A stretch of DNA of 64,000 nucleotides from Candidatus Latescibacterota bacterium (GTDB taxonomy: Bacteria; Latescibacterota; UBA2968; UBA8231). The stretch covers positions 416,001 to 480,000 of the forward strand of contig CBDCSU010000005.1 in assembly GCA_965221775.1 (NCBI GenBank), read 5' to 3'. Position 1 is the first letter of the stretch; every line of letters begins with the position of its first letter. This document shows, one piece after another, positions 27,732-39,975 of the stretch. A model generated the notes under the pieces. It was not told where the DNA came from, made no database searches, and saw nothing but the letters and a program-made list of their open reading frames with translations. The position numbers were made by a program, and so were the translations under genes.

Positions 27732-30700
27732 ATGCGCCTGATCGCCACAGCCATCCAGCGGCCCGTCAGTGTCACCGTCGGCGTGCTCCTGGTGGCGCTC
27801 TTCGGCCTGATCTCCCTCTTCCGCATCCCCGTTCAGCTCACCCCCGACATCGACCGGCCGATCATCACCGTCTCCACGGTGTGGCCGGGCGCCAGCCCGG
27901 AAGAGGTCGAGCAGGAGATCGTCCAGCGCCAGGAGGAACAGCTCAGGAGCGTCGAGGGACTGGTGCTGATGACCAGCGAGAGCAACGACAGCCGCGGGGT
28001 CGTCTCCCTCGAGTTCAACGTCGGCGTCGATCCGGACGCGGTGATGCTGCTGGTCTCCAACAAGCTCGACCAGGTCTTCGGCTATCCCCTCGACGCCGAG
28101 CGGCCGGTGATCTCGGCCGGCGGCACCGGGCCGAGCGGGGCGATCACCTGGATCATGCTCCAGCCCCTGCCGGACCGCGGCGATCTGGATATCGAGCGCT
28201 ACCGCGACTTCGCCGAGGAGGTCATCAAGACCGCCCTCGAGCGCGTGCCCGGCGTCTCCCGGAGCGACATCTACGGCGGCTACGACCGCCAGCTCCAGGT
28301 CATCGTCGATCCCCGGGCCATGGCCGCGCGCCAGATCACCGTTCAGGACCTGGCCCGGGCCCTGGCCCGCGAGAACGCCAATACCAGCGCCGGGACCTTC
28401 GACGAGGGCAAGCGCCGCTACATCGTGCGCACCGTCGGTCAGTACCAGCAGCCCGGCGACATCGAGCAGGTGGTCGTCCGCTCGGCCGACGGCACCCGGG
28501 TCACCGTCGGCGAGATCGCCCGCACCCGCCTCGGCTACGTCCGCACCGTGGCCTCCGTGCGCCAGAAGGGCCAACCCGCCATCGCCATCAACGCCCGGCG
28601 CGAGACCGGGGCCAACGTCCTCGAAGTCATGGACGGCATCCGCCGCACCATCGGCCAACTCAACGAGGGGCCCCTGGCCCGCGAGGGCCTCTACCTCACC
28701 CAGGTCTACGACGAGACCGACTACATCGACAGCGCCATCGGCCTGGTGCGCTCCAACATCCTCATCGGCGGCACCCTGGCGGTGATGGTGCTCTTCATCT
28801 TCCTGCGCACCGTCAGCTCGGTGGCGATCATCGCCACCGCCATCCCGATCTCGATCGTCGGCACCTTTCTGGCCATGTGGCTCCTGGGCCGCAACATCAA
28901 CGTCATCAGCCTGGCGGGGATGAGCTTTGCCGTGGGCATGGTCATCGACAACGCCATCGTCGCCCTCGAGAACATCTTCCGCCACCAGCAGATGGGGAAG
29001 AGCCGCGCCCGCGCCGCCCTCGACGGGGCCACGGAGGTCTGGGGGGCGCTCCTGGCCAGCACCCTGACCACGGTGGCCATCTTCCTGCCCATCGTCTTCG
29101 TCGAGGACGAGGCCGGTCAGCTGTTCCGCGACATCGCCATCGCCGTCTCCTGCTCGGTGGTGCTCAGCCTGATCGTGGCCGTCTCCGTCATCCCCAGCCT
29201 GGCCAACAAGATCCTCGGCGGCGACAGACGCGGCGGGGGCCGGCTGGCCGCCTGGGGCGAAGGGGTGCGGACCTTCATCGCCCGGAGCGTCTTCCGCATC
29301 AGCGGCAGCACGGTGCTGCGCCTGGGGGTCATCGCAGGGCTGATCGGCCTCTCGGTGGCCATCGCCTGGAACCTGCTGCCCAAATCGGAGTACCTGCCCA
29401 CGGGCAACCGCAACCTGATCTTCGGCATCGTCCTGCCGCCCCCGGGGTACAACCTCGACGAGCTGATCCAGGTGGGCCAGACCGTCGAGGACGTCCTGCG
29501 CCCCCACTGGGAGGCGGCCTCGGACCCCGACGGCCCCCAGGCCCGAGCCCTGCCGGGACCGCCGATCGCCAACATGTTCTTCGTCGCCTTCGGCCGCTCC
29601 GCCTTCATGGGAGCGCGCTCGACCGAGCCGGAGCGGGTGCGCGAGCTGATCCCGATCATCCAGGGGCCGGTCCTGGGCGGGGTGCCGGGGACCTTCGCCG
29701 TCGTGCAGCAGTCGAGCCTCTTCCAGCGCGCCACCGGCAGCGGGCGCTCCATCGACATCGAGATCACCGGGCCCGATCTGGACCACCTCGTCGGGCTGGG
29801 GGGACGGGTATTCGGCCAGGTCCGGCAGGTCGTGCCCGGCGCCCAGGCCCGCCCCATTCCCAGCCTCGACCTGGGCAATCCGGAAGTCCGCATCCTCCCC
29901 GACCGCGTGCGCGCCGCCGACCTGGGCCTGTCGGCGCGCGACATCGGCTCGGCGGTCAATGCGCTGATGGATGGCGCCATCGTCGACGGCTACCAGTTCC
30001 AGGGCGAGGAGATCGACCTGGTGCTGCGGGGCGAGGAGGACTGGTTCCGCACCCAGGATATCGCCGCCCTGCCGATCTACACCCCGCGGGGCCAGCTGGT
30101 GCCGCTGAGTGCCGTGGCCCGCGTCGAAGTGACCACCGGCCCCGAGCAGATCAACCACATCGAGCGCGACCGGGCGATCACCGTCCGGGTCATCCCGCCG
30201 GAGACCGTTCCCCTGGAGACGGCCCTCGACGCGCTGCGGACCGAGATCGTCCAGCCCCTCGTCGATTCCGGCGATCTGGCCCCGCCCTACCAGATCCAGC
30301 TCTCCGGCTCGGCCGACGACCTGCGGCGCACCCGCCAGGCCTTGCAGTGGAACTTCCTGCTGGCCCTGGTGATCACCTACCTGCTGATGGCCGCCCTCTT
30401 CGAGAGCTTCCTCTACCCCTTCGTCATCATGCTCAGCGTGCCCCCGGCGCTGGCGGGCGGCATCCTCGGGCTGGAGGTCGTCAACCGGACGCTGACCTAT
30501 CAGCCCCTCGACATCCTCACCATGCTCGGCTTCGTCATCCTCATTGGCGTGGTCGTCAACAACGCCATCCTCATCGTCCACCAGACGCTCAACATCCTGC
30601 GGGAGGCGCCCGAGACCCCGCTCGGAGAGGCGATCCACGACGCCGTCTTCAGCCGCGTGCGGCCGATCTTCATGTCCACGATCACCAGCGCCCTGGGGAT

Positions 30701-30875
30701 GCTGCCGCTCGTCGTCTTCCCCGGCGCCGGGTCCGAGCTCTACCGGGGCCTGGGCAGCGTCGTCATCGGCGGCCTGCTGCTGTCCACCTTGTTCACCCTC
30801 TTCCTGGTGCCGACCTTCCTCAGCCTGGCGATGGATCTGAGAGCCTGGGTCGGCCGCGCCGGGAAGGCGATGTAG
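27732..30875 (+). CDS. RND efflux permease (AcrB/MdtB-like)
   Basis: 1047 aa; IQRPV, PGASPEEVE, GMVIDNAIVALENI, FESFLYP, GVVVNNAIL, SRVRPIFMST. Confidence 0.96.
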   Translation: MRLIATAIQRPVSVTVGVLLVALFGLISLFRIPVQLTPDIDRPIITVSTVWPGASPEEVEQEIVQRQEEQLRSVEGLVLMTSESNDSRGVVSLEFNVGVDPDAVMLLVSNKLDQVFGYPLDAERPVISAGGTGPSGAITWIMLQPLPDRGDLDIERYRDFAEEVIKTALERVPGVSRSDIYGGYDRQLQVIVDPRAMAARQITVQDLARALARENANTSAGTFDEGKRRYIVRTVGQYQQPGDIEQVVVRSADGTRVTVGEIARTRLGYVRTVASVRQKGQPAIAINARRETGANVLEVMDGIRRTIGQLNEGPLAREGLYLTQVYDETDYIDSAIGLVRSNILIGGTLAVMVLFIFLRTVSSVAIIATAIPISIVGTFLAMWLLGRNINVISLAGMSFAVGMVIDNAIVALENIFRHQQMGKSRARAALDGATEVWGALLASTLTTVAIFLPIVFVEDEAGQLFRDIAIAVSCSVVLSLIVAVSVIPSLANKILGGDRRGGGRLAAWGEGVRTFIARSVFRISGSTVLRLGVIAGLIGLSVAIAWNLLPKSEYLPTGNRNLIFGIVLPPPGYNLDELIQVGQTVEDVLRPHWEAASDPDGPQARALPGPPIANMFFVAFGRSAFMGARSTEPERVRELIPIIQGPVLGGVPGTFAVVQQSSLFQRATGSGRSIDIEITGPDLDHLVGLGGRVFGQVRQVVPGAQARPIPSLDLGNPEVRILPDRVRAADLGLSARDIGSAVNALMDGAIVDGYQFQGEEIDLVLRGEEDWFRTQDIAALPIYTPRGQLVPLSAVARVEVTTGPEQINHIERDRAITVRVIPPETVPLETALDALRTEIVQPLVDSGDLAPPYQIQLSGSADDLRRTRQALQWNFLLALVITYLLMAALFESFLYPFVIMLSVPPALAGGILGLEVVNRTLTYQPLDILTMLGFVILIGVVVNNAILIVHQTLNILREAPETPLGEAIHDAVFSRVRPIFMSTITSALGMLPLVVFPGAGSELYRGLGSVVIGGLLLSTLFTLFLVPTFLSLAMDLRAWVGRAGKAM

Positions 30876-30936
30876 GGGCGACCTCCGGCGCGCGCCCGCG
30901 GATCGTCACCGCCCTCGAAACCTCAGGAGATTCCCA

Positions 30937-32004
30937 ATGCAATTCGGCCAGTTCTATCTGCTGGAAACCCCGCCCGGCAAGGACCACGCCCAGGTCTATC
31001 ACGAAGCGTTCGAACAGTTCAAGCTCATGGACGAAACGGGCTGGGACGCCATCTGGCTGGCGGAGCACCACTTCGACCACAAGGCGCCGGGAGCCAACTA
31101 CTACTCGATCACCTCGTCCATCCATACCATGGCCGCGTACGCCTCGGCCATTACCGAACGCATCAAGATCGGCACCGCGGTTGTCGTGCTGCCCTTCCAC
31201 AATCCCGTCATCGTTGCGGAGGACTTCGCCACCGTTGACATCATGTCGAAGGGACGACTCCTCTTCGGCGTGGGGCGCGGTTACCAGGCCGAGGAGTTCT
31301 ACAACTGGGGAATCGACCTGGAGGAGAGCCGCGACCGGTTCCAGGAAGAGCTGGATATCATCCTCAAAGCCTGGACGGGGCCGGTCGAATACGACGGCAA
31401 ATTCCACAAGGTCAGGAAGGTCAACGTCATCCCGAAGCCCGTACAACAGCCCCACCCGCCGGTCTACGTTGCGGCGGTGAGTCCCTCCACGTACGAGTGG
31501 GTCATCAAGAACGGCCACAACGTCCTGACCTCCTTCCTGCACCCCTACGACGAGGTCTTCCAGCTCTACGAGTCGTACCACAAGACCGCGGAGGCATGCG
31601 GAATGTCGGGCAAGCTGGAGTTCCCCCTGGCCAGGTTCCTCTACGTGGCCGAATCCACCCAGAAGGCCCGGGAGGAGTGCCACGACCAGCTCATGTGGTA
31701 CTTCCGCACCCTGCTGGCCGAGGTGATCGCGCCGCCGCCGGAAATGGCGCCTCCCGGCCAGATGGAGTTCTACCAGGGACTGAAACAGAGGTTCTCGACC
31801 ATCACCTTCGACGAGATCCTGGCCGATCACGCCATCGTGGGCGATCCGGACTTTGTCGCCGACAAGATCGGCTGGATCCAGAAACACACGGGACTGCAGA
31901 ACTTCATGGGGTGGACCCGCATCGGGGACCTGAGCCCCGACCTGGTCTGCAAGTCCCTTCGCATGTTCTCGGAACACGTCGCGCCCGCCTTCAAGGAGGA
32001 TTGA
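30937..32004 (+). CDS. LLM class (luciferase-like) flavin-dependent oxidoreductase
   Basis: WLAEHHF, TERIKIGTAV, AEDFATVD..SKGRL.FGVGRGY, PKPVQQPHPP. Confidence 0.93.
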   Translation: MQFGQFYLLETPPGKDHAQVYHEAFEQFKLMDETGWDAIWLAEHHFDHKAPGANYYSITSSIHTMAAYASAITERIKIGTAVVVLPFHNPVIVAEDFATVDIMSKGRLLFGVGRGYQAEEFYNWGIDLEESRDRFQEELDIILKAWTGPVEYDGKFHKVRKVNVIPKPVQQPHPPVYVAAVSPSTYEWVIKNGHNVLTSFLHPYDEVFQLYESYHKTAEACGMSGKLEFPLARFLYVAESTQKAREECHDQLMWYFRTLLAEVIAPPPEMAPPGQMEFYQGLKQRFSTITFDEILADHAIVGDPDFVADKIGWIQKHTGLQNFMGWTRIGDLSPDLVCKSLRMFSEHVAPAFKED

Positions 32005-32007
32005 CCC

Positions 32008-32406
32008 ATGTCTGCCAGCGCAAACGCACGTATCGCCCGCGAGTCCCTCGAAGCCGCCTTCGCCTCTGACTGGAAGCGCCTCCGCGAAACCTACGCCGAC
32101 GACGCGACCATGGTCGGCGGCGGACTCGACATCCGCGGCGCGGATGACATGGTGGCCCTCTGGCGGGGCTGCCACGAGGAAGAGCGGGACCTGCGGCTCG
32201 AGATTCTCAACGTCGTCGCCGGCGATGAGATGGTCGCCGTGGAGTTCCGCCACAGGGGCATTGTGAACCAGCTTCTTCCCGGAATGTCCGAAACGTTGCT
32301 TGGAAAACGTCTGGTAGCGACCGAGGTGCACATGTGCCGGGTTCAAGACGGGAAGATCACCGCCGTGACCATCTATGGCGGTGTGAGCGAGACTTTCGAC
32401 GTCTGA
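32008..32406 (+). CDS. SnoaL/NTF2-like protein (ester cyclase family)
   Basis: YADDA, VAGDEMVAVEF, RVQDGKI pattern; 132 aa. Confidence 0.75.
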   Translation: MSASANARIARESLEAAFASDWKRLRETYADDATMVGGGLDIRGADDMVALWRGCHEEERDLRLEILNVVAGDEMVAVEFRHRGIVNQLLPGMSETLLGKRLVATEVHMCRVQDGKITAVTIYGGVSETFDV

Positions 32407-32449
32407 CGGGTCTGGCTGAATGGGGAAGCCGGCCTCCGAGGGGGAAACC

Positions 32450-33271
32450 ATGAGCGACCACACGGCCGCGCCCGTGCCGATGACGGAAGAGCAGAAGTTC
32501 TTCTACGACCTCCAGGGTTGGATCCTGTTGCCTTCGGTGCTGTCCGAAGCGGAAATCGAAGCGATGAAGGCCGAGGTCTACGACGGCGCCAGACAGAGCT
32601 ACCAGGGTGCCCTGCAGGAGCTGCTGGACCATCCGGCGGTGACCGGCATCCTCACCGAACTCCTCGCGGAAGAGCCGTTCCTCGGGGACGACTACCACAG
32701 CTTCCGCTGCGAGGGCTCCTTCATCACCGTGCGGCACGCCGGCTGGAAGAGCGACGGGGAGGGCACCGGCCTGCCGCACGTGGTGCGGCCTCCGCAACAG
32801 GCCAACGCCATGCGCTACCAGGTTGCGGGCAGCAAGATCTTCTCCGGGCTCACCCGGGTGGTGTGGGAGCTTGAAGAGGTGAAAGCCGGCCAGGGGGGCA
32901 CCACCTTTCTCTCCGGCTCCCACAAGGCCCACTTCAACTACGGCGGCCCCGACCCCAACCGGCCCAACATCGGCGAGTCTCCCTGGGAGGAAGGCATGCG
33001 CGCGGCCATGGCCCAGTACAGCTGCCCGCCCGGCTCGGCCATCATCTTCACCGAGAGCCTGCTGCACGCCGCCAACGACTGGCGCAACACGGACAATCCG
33101 CGCTGCGCCGTGTTCAACTGCTACAACTCCCTGTGGGCCCAATGGCACCGACTCAACCTGAGCCACGAGGTCATCGAGGCCATGCCGCCCAAGCGCCGCT
33201 CCTTGTTCCGCGGCACGTGGCAGCTGGGCGGAGAGAATCACGCCTATTCGCTGGACAATCGTTCGATCTGA
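32450..33271 (+). CDS. Phytanoyl-CoA dioxygenase family protein with a variant iron motif
   Basis: FYDLQGW.LLPSVLS, GGTTFLSGSHKAHF, PGSAIIFTESLLHA. PHVV occupies the position of HxD. Confidence 0.85.
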   Translation: MSDHTAAPVPMTEEQKFFYDLQGWILLPSVLSEAEIEAMKAEVYDGARQSYQGALQELLDHPAVTGILTELLAEEPFLGDDYHSFRCEGSFITVRHAGWKSDGEGTGLPHVVRPPQQANAMRYQVAGSKIFSGLTRVVWELEEVKAGQGGTTFLSGSHKAHFNYGGPDPNRPNIGESPWEEGMRAAMAQYSCPPGSAIIFTESLLHAANDWRNTDNPRCAVFNCYNSLWAQWHRLNLSHEVIEAMPPKRRSLFRGTWQLGGENHAYSLDNRSI

Positions 33272-33291
33272 ATGGCGAGGAGAGGTCCAGG

Positions 33292-33762
33292 ATGGACTGG
33301 AACCGGCTCTCCCCTTTCGTCGAAACGCCGCTCCGGGCGTGCCTGGCGATCGTGGCCGTCAACGCGGCGCTGATCCTGGTCTCCGAGCCCATCTTCCAGG
33401 CTCTCGGGGTCGTCTCCAGCGGGTGGGCGGCCGATCAACAGCTCGCTTCCGCCTTCTTCCTCTTCCTGCTCTTCGTCGCCGGTTCGATCGGCGTGTGGCA
33501 TCTCTTCGGGCGCCTGCTGCGAGGCCGCTTCACGATCGTGCAGCGCCTGTCCACCGCCGCCGTCGGAGTCCTTCCCATCATCGCCGCCGCCTGGCTCGCC
33601 GAGGCCCGCGCCGAAGGCGCCATGTGCGGAATCCTGGGCGCCTATGTGACCGGTGTGGGCGCCGGCGTGACGGCCTTTCTCACGGTTATGATCGCCAGCG
33701 GCATCGACCCCCGCTTCGACCTGGACTCCGGCGGCCGGCGATCGCCCACGCCCTCCGCCTGA
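33292..33762 (+). CDS. Small hypothetical membrane protein (about 4 TM)
   Basis: Four hydrophobic segments; GGAG/GAGG upstream of the ATG. Confidence 0.65.
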   Translation: MDWNRLSPFVETPLRACLAIVAVNAALILVSEPIFQALGVVSSGWAADQQLASAFFLFLLFVAGSIGVWHLFGRLLRGRFTIVQRLSTAAVGVLPIIAAAWLAEARAEGAMCGILGAYVTGVGAGVTAFLTVMIASGIDPRFDLDSGGRRSPTPSA

Positions 33763-33775
33763 TCCACCCTGCCCC

Positions 33776-36978
<3,203 letters not shown>

Positions 36979-36989
36979 GCTGCCGCCAA

Positions 36990-37016
36990 GGCGGGGCGCT
37001 CGATGGGCGCCCCGCC
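36990..37016 (+). terminator. GC-rich hairpin after katG (no U-tract)
   Basis: Perfect 10-bp stem GGCGGGGCGC/GCGCCCCGCC starting 12 nt after the stop. Confidence 0.5.
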
Positions 37017-37153
37017 GCCGCCGGTCCTCGGCCAGGGGCTCCGCCCGCTGACAGATCGTTCCACCCGACCCTCCAGGAATTCCAGGGCGCGCGCCGGTCC
37101 ACCGGCGAGTTCGTCGCCCGCGCCTCCGCCTCATTGCCTTGTTGCCGAACACG

Positions 37154-37534
37154 ATGATGCCCACCGCCCGCGAAACGGTGCAGGCCTATTTCGACTCCCT
37201 TGTCACGGGAGATGCGGAAACCCTCGCTGCAATGATGCTGCCTGCGTCGCACTACGTGAAGATCGGTACCGACGCCGACGAAGTTGTGGAGGGAAGCGCA
37301 GAGATCGCGGCGTACTACCGGGACCACGCCGCCAGCGCGGAGGACTTCAGCATCGAGTTCATCAAACTCGACGTGCACGAGCGGGACCACGTTGCCTGGT
37401 TCTACACGCGCCAAGTCTGGCGGCTCGAATGGCGAGGGGCGAGGGAGGAGTTCGTGATGCGGATGACGGGCGTCCTCGAGAGGACCGGCGAGTCGTGGCT
37501 GTTTGCGCAGATCCACGCCTCGATCGGTGCATAG
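37154..37534 (+). CDS. SnoaL-like/nuclear transport factor 2 family protein
   Basis: IGTDADEVVEG, VAWF, RMTGVLER..ESW..AQIHAS. Confidence 0.82.
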   Translation: MMPTARETVQAYFDSLVTGDAETLAAMMLPASHYVKIGTDADEVVEGSAEIAAYYRDHAASAEDFSIEFIKLDVHERDHVAWFYTRQVWRLEWRGAREEFVMRMTGVLERTGESWLFAQIHASIGA

Positions 37535-37623
37535 CCGCGCGGGGTCCGCACGGTCCATCGGTACGCGCCCGCTACGGATGACGGAGACCCGCGGGCCGGC
37601 TATTATGTGGCGGGGAGGACATC

Positions 37624-39975
37624 ATGGAATTCGTCGACAACGACTATTGGTGGAAGAGCCTGGTCCTGGACTGCCCCGAGGGCGCGGCGGACCTGACGGC
37701 GCGGGTCCAGGTGCGCCAGCCCCAGGGATACGTGCAGGAGCTGACGGTGGACGAGGTCGAGGTGCGCGGCGGCAAGGCCCGCGTCCCCATCCTCTATCCG
37801 CTGGTCGACGACGGGCGCTACGACCCCAAGCACGGCTTCTGGCAGGAGGGCTGGGTCATGGGCGAGTACCGCTTCGACGTGCAGCTCATGGCCGGGGACC
37901 GCATGATCGCCGCCGAGACCACCACCCTCGACGCCAGGAGCTTCTTCCCCTCCGACCGCTGGCTCATCGCCGTCGACGCCCGGCCGCAGATCATCGAGTG
38001 CGCGCCCCGGCAGGCCCTGTTCGTCGACGAGGACGAGGCCCGCTTCCTCTACCGCATCCGCCGTCACCGCGTCAGCCGCTGCGAGGTGGAGGTGGACGTC
38101 ACCACCCGCGAAGGCACCGTCCCCCTGGCCGGCCCCTGGCGCCTGGAACTCACCCACGAGCTGCAGGAGCACTCCTTCTCCATCGCCGGGTGGGGCACCG
38201 GCGAGTACTGGATCCGCCTGCGGCCGGTGGTGGAGGGCGAGCCCGTGGGCCCTTGGTGCGTGCGCAAGATCTGGAGGCAGGTCGACGCCGGTCCGGCGCC
38301 GCCGGAGGTGCTGGAGCTGGCCGGCTATCCCGAGGTGCTGGTCGACGACTACAGCTTCGACGAAGTCGAGGGCATCCAGTTCGTCCCCGACACCCTGGAC
38401 AAGAGCCCCGGGCCCCTGGCGGCCACCACCGAGCCCCACGACGAGGAGATGCTGCGCATCGAGTCGATCGGCTGGAACCAGGAGGCCGGGCGCTACGAGG
38501 CGGTCTACGCAAACAGCGGCGGACGGGTCGAGCGCAAGGAGAGGCGCGAGGAGCTGAGCCGCCTGCGCATGCTGCAGGTCAGCGAGGACGGCGTGAGCTG
38601 GGAGAAGCCCTCCCTCGGGCTCGTGGAGTACGACGGCTCGACGGCCAACAACATCCTCAGCGACGAGCCCGAACCCACCCCCGCGCAAGAGGAGACCGCC
38701 CACGCCCTGGAGCACGCCGAGTTCCGCTTCTACGACGCCGAGAGGGACGGCCCCGTCGACCTGGACCGCGTCTTCATCGCCTCGGCCAAGGAGGACTTCC
38801 CCTTCGACTGCAGGAGCCTCCAGGGCGACGCGGACGAGGAGACCGAGGTCTTCCGCCCCACCAAGGGGGAGTTCTGGTCCCTCGAGCAGCGCGGCGACCT
38901 CTACCTCGTGCTCACGCGGGAGCCGGTCCTCTACCTCGGCGTCGGCATGGATCTGATGCACACGAGCGAGACGATCCGCTGCCACGTGGAGGAGTCGGAC
39001 GGCGGGCGCCTGCACTTCTACTTCCGCCCCGCCTCGCCCGCCTACCTGCCCCACGGCGTCACCTACGACAACATGCACCTGGCCCTGCGCTGCCTGGCGG
39101 TCATGTCCACCGCCGACGGCATCACCTACGAGCGCCGCTTCGTCCTGGGGCCCGACGGCCACGACCGCCTGGGGTCGCAGTTCTACGCCATGGGGCTCAT
39201 GCAGCGTCTCGGCACGACGGGCGACGCCCCGGGCCGCACCGTGCTGGCCAGGGGGAAGCACAAGATCAACCAGGCCTTCCCGCGGCGGAACCTCTACCTC
39301 GGCTCGGTGCTGCTCCACTGGGGGATCGAGCAGACCCAGGAGCCGGAGCTGATCTGGACCCGCGACCTGCTGCACTTCAAGCGCTTCACCCGGCACCGGC
39401 GCAGCCTCATCGAGTCCAACGGCCCGGGCTCCTACGACTTCGGCATGATCCGCGACCAGTACAAGTACAGCGAGTTCGGCGGCCAGTGGTGGTACTACTA
39501 CACGGCGATCAACACCCGCCACAACGGCTACGGGATCATGGCGCGGGAGACGGACCTGGACGAGCTGCGCCGCACCCGCCCCAACCACGCCGAGGCCCCC
39601 TACTTCACCACTTGGGAGGGCTACTGGGCCGACGGCAAGCAGACGAAGTACCAGCCGGCCTGCGCCCGCTGCCGGCCCTTCCGAGTGGCCCACGCCGAGC
39701 CCGTCGACGGCAGCGGCCGCCTCCTCACGCGCCCCATCCGGGTGGACGGCGACGAGCTGCGCCTCAACGCGGCCACTGATGGGGGCGGCTCCATCCGCGT
39801 CGAGCTGACCGACGAAGCGGGCGAGCCCCTGGGACCGGAACCCGCCATCTTCGAGGGCGACGACGTGGACGCCGTGGCGGCCGACCTGGCCCCCTGGCGC
39901 GGACAGGCGGTGCGCCTGCGGTTCACCCTCGACCGGGCCCGCCTCTACGCCTTCCGGATCGCCCCGCGGGAGTGA
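37624..39975 (+). CDS. Large hypothetical protein with GH32/GH43-like beta-propeller and C-terminal beta-sandwich
   Basis: SEDGVSWEKPSLGLVEYDGSTANN Asp-box-like motif, TADGITY, C-terminal GRLLTRP...LRLNA..GSIRVEL. Confidence 0.7.
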   Translation: MEFVDNDYWWKSLVLDCPEGAADLTARVQVRQPQGYVQELTVDEVEVRGGKARVPILYPLVDDGRYDPKHGFWQEGWVMGEYRFDVQLMAGDRMIAAETTTLDARSFFPSDRWLIAVDARPQIIECAPRQALFVDEDEARFLYRIRRHRVSRCEVEVDVTTREGTVPLAGPWRLELTHELQEHSFSIAGWGTGEYWIRLRPVVEGEPVGPWCVRKIWRQVDAGPAPPEVLELAGYPEVLVDDYSFDEVEGIQFVPDTLDKSPGPLAATTEPHDEEMLRIESIGWNQEAGRYEAVYANSGGRVERKERREELSRLRMLQVSEDGVSWEKPSLGLVEYDGSTANNILSDEPEPTPAQEETAHALEHAEFRFYDAERDGPVDLDRVFIASAKEDFPFDCRSLQGDADEETEVFRPTKGEFWSLEQRGDLYLVLTREPVLYLGVGMDLMHTSETIRCHVEESDGGRLHFYFRPASPAYLPHGVTYDNMHLALRCLAVMSTADGITYERRFVLGPDGHDRLGSQFYAMGLMQRLGTTGDAPGRTVLARGKHKINQAFPRRNLYLGSVLLHWGIEQTQEPELIWTRDLLHFKRFTRHRRSLIESNGPGSYDFGMIRDQYKYSEFGGQWWYYYTAINTRHNGYGIMARETDLDELRRTRPNHAEAPYFTTWEGYWADGKQTKYQPACARCRPFRVAHAEPVDGSGRLLTRPIRVDGDELRLNAATDGGGSIRVELTDEAGEPLGPEPAIFEGDDVDAVAADLAPWRGQAVRLRFTLDRARLYAFRIAPRE

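Noticed and set aside
26481-30638. Very long antisense or alternate-frame ORFs (for example 1385 aa here, 53195-56401 +, 22971-25697 -, 27209-31480 +)
   Set aside because: Shadow ORFs caused by high GC at third codon positions. They overlap genes with clear family motifs and have no motifs themselves.
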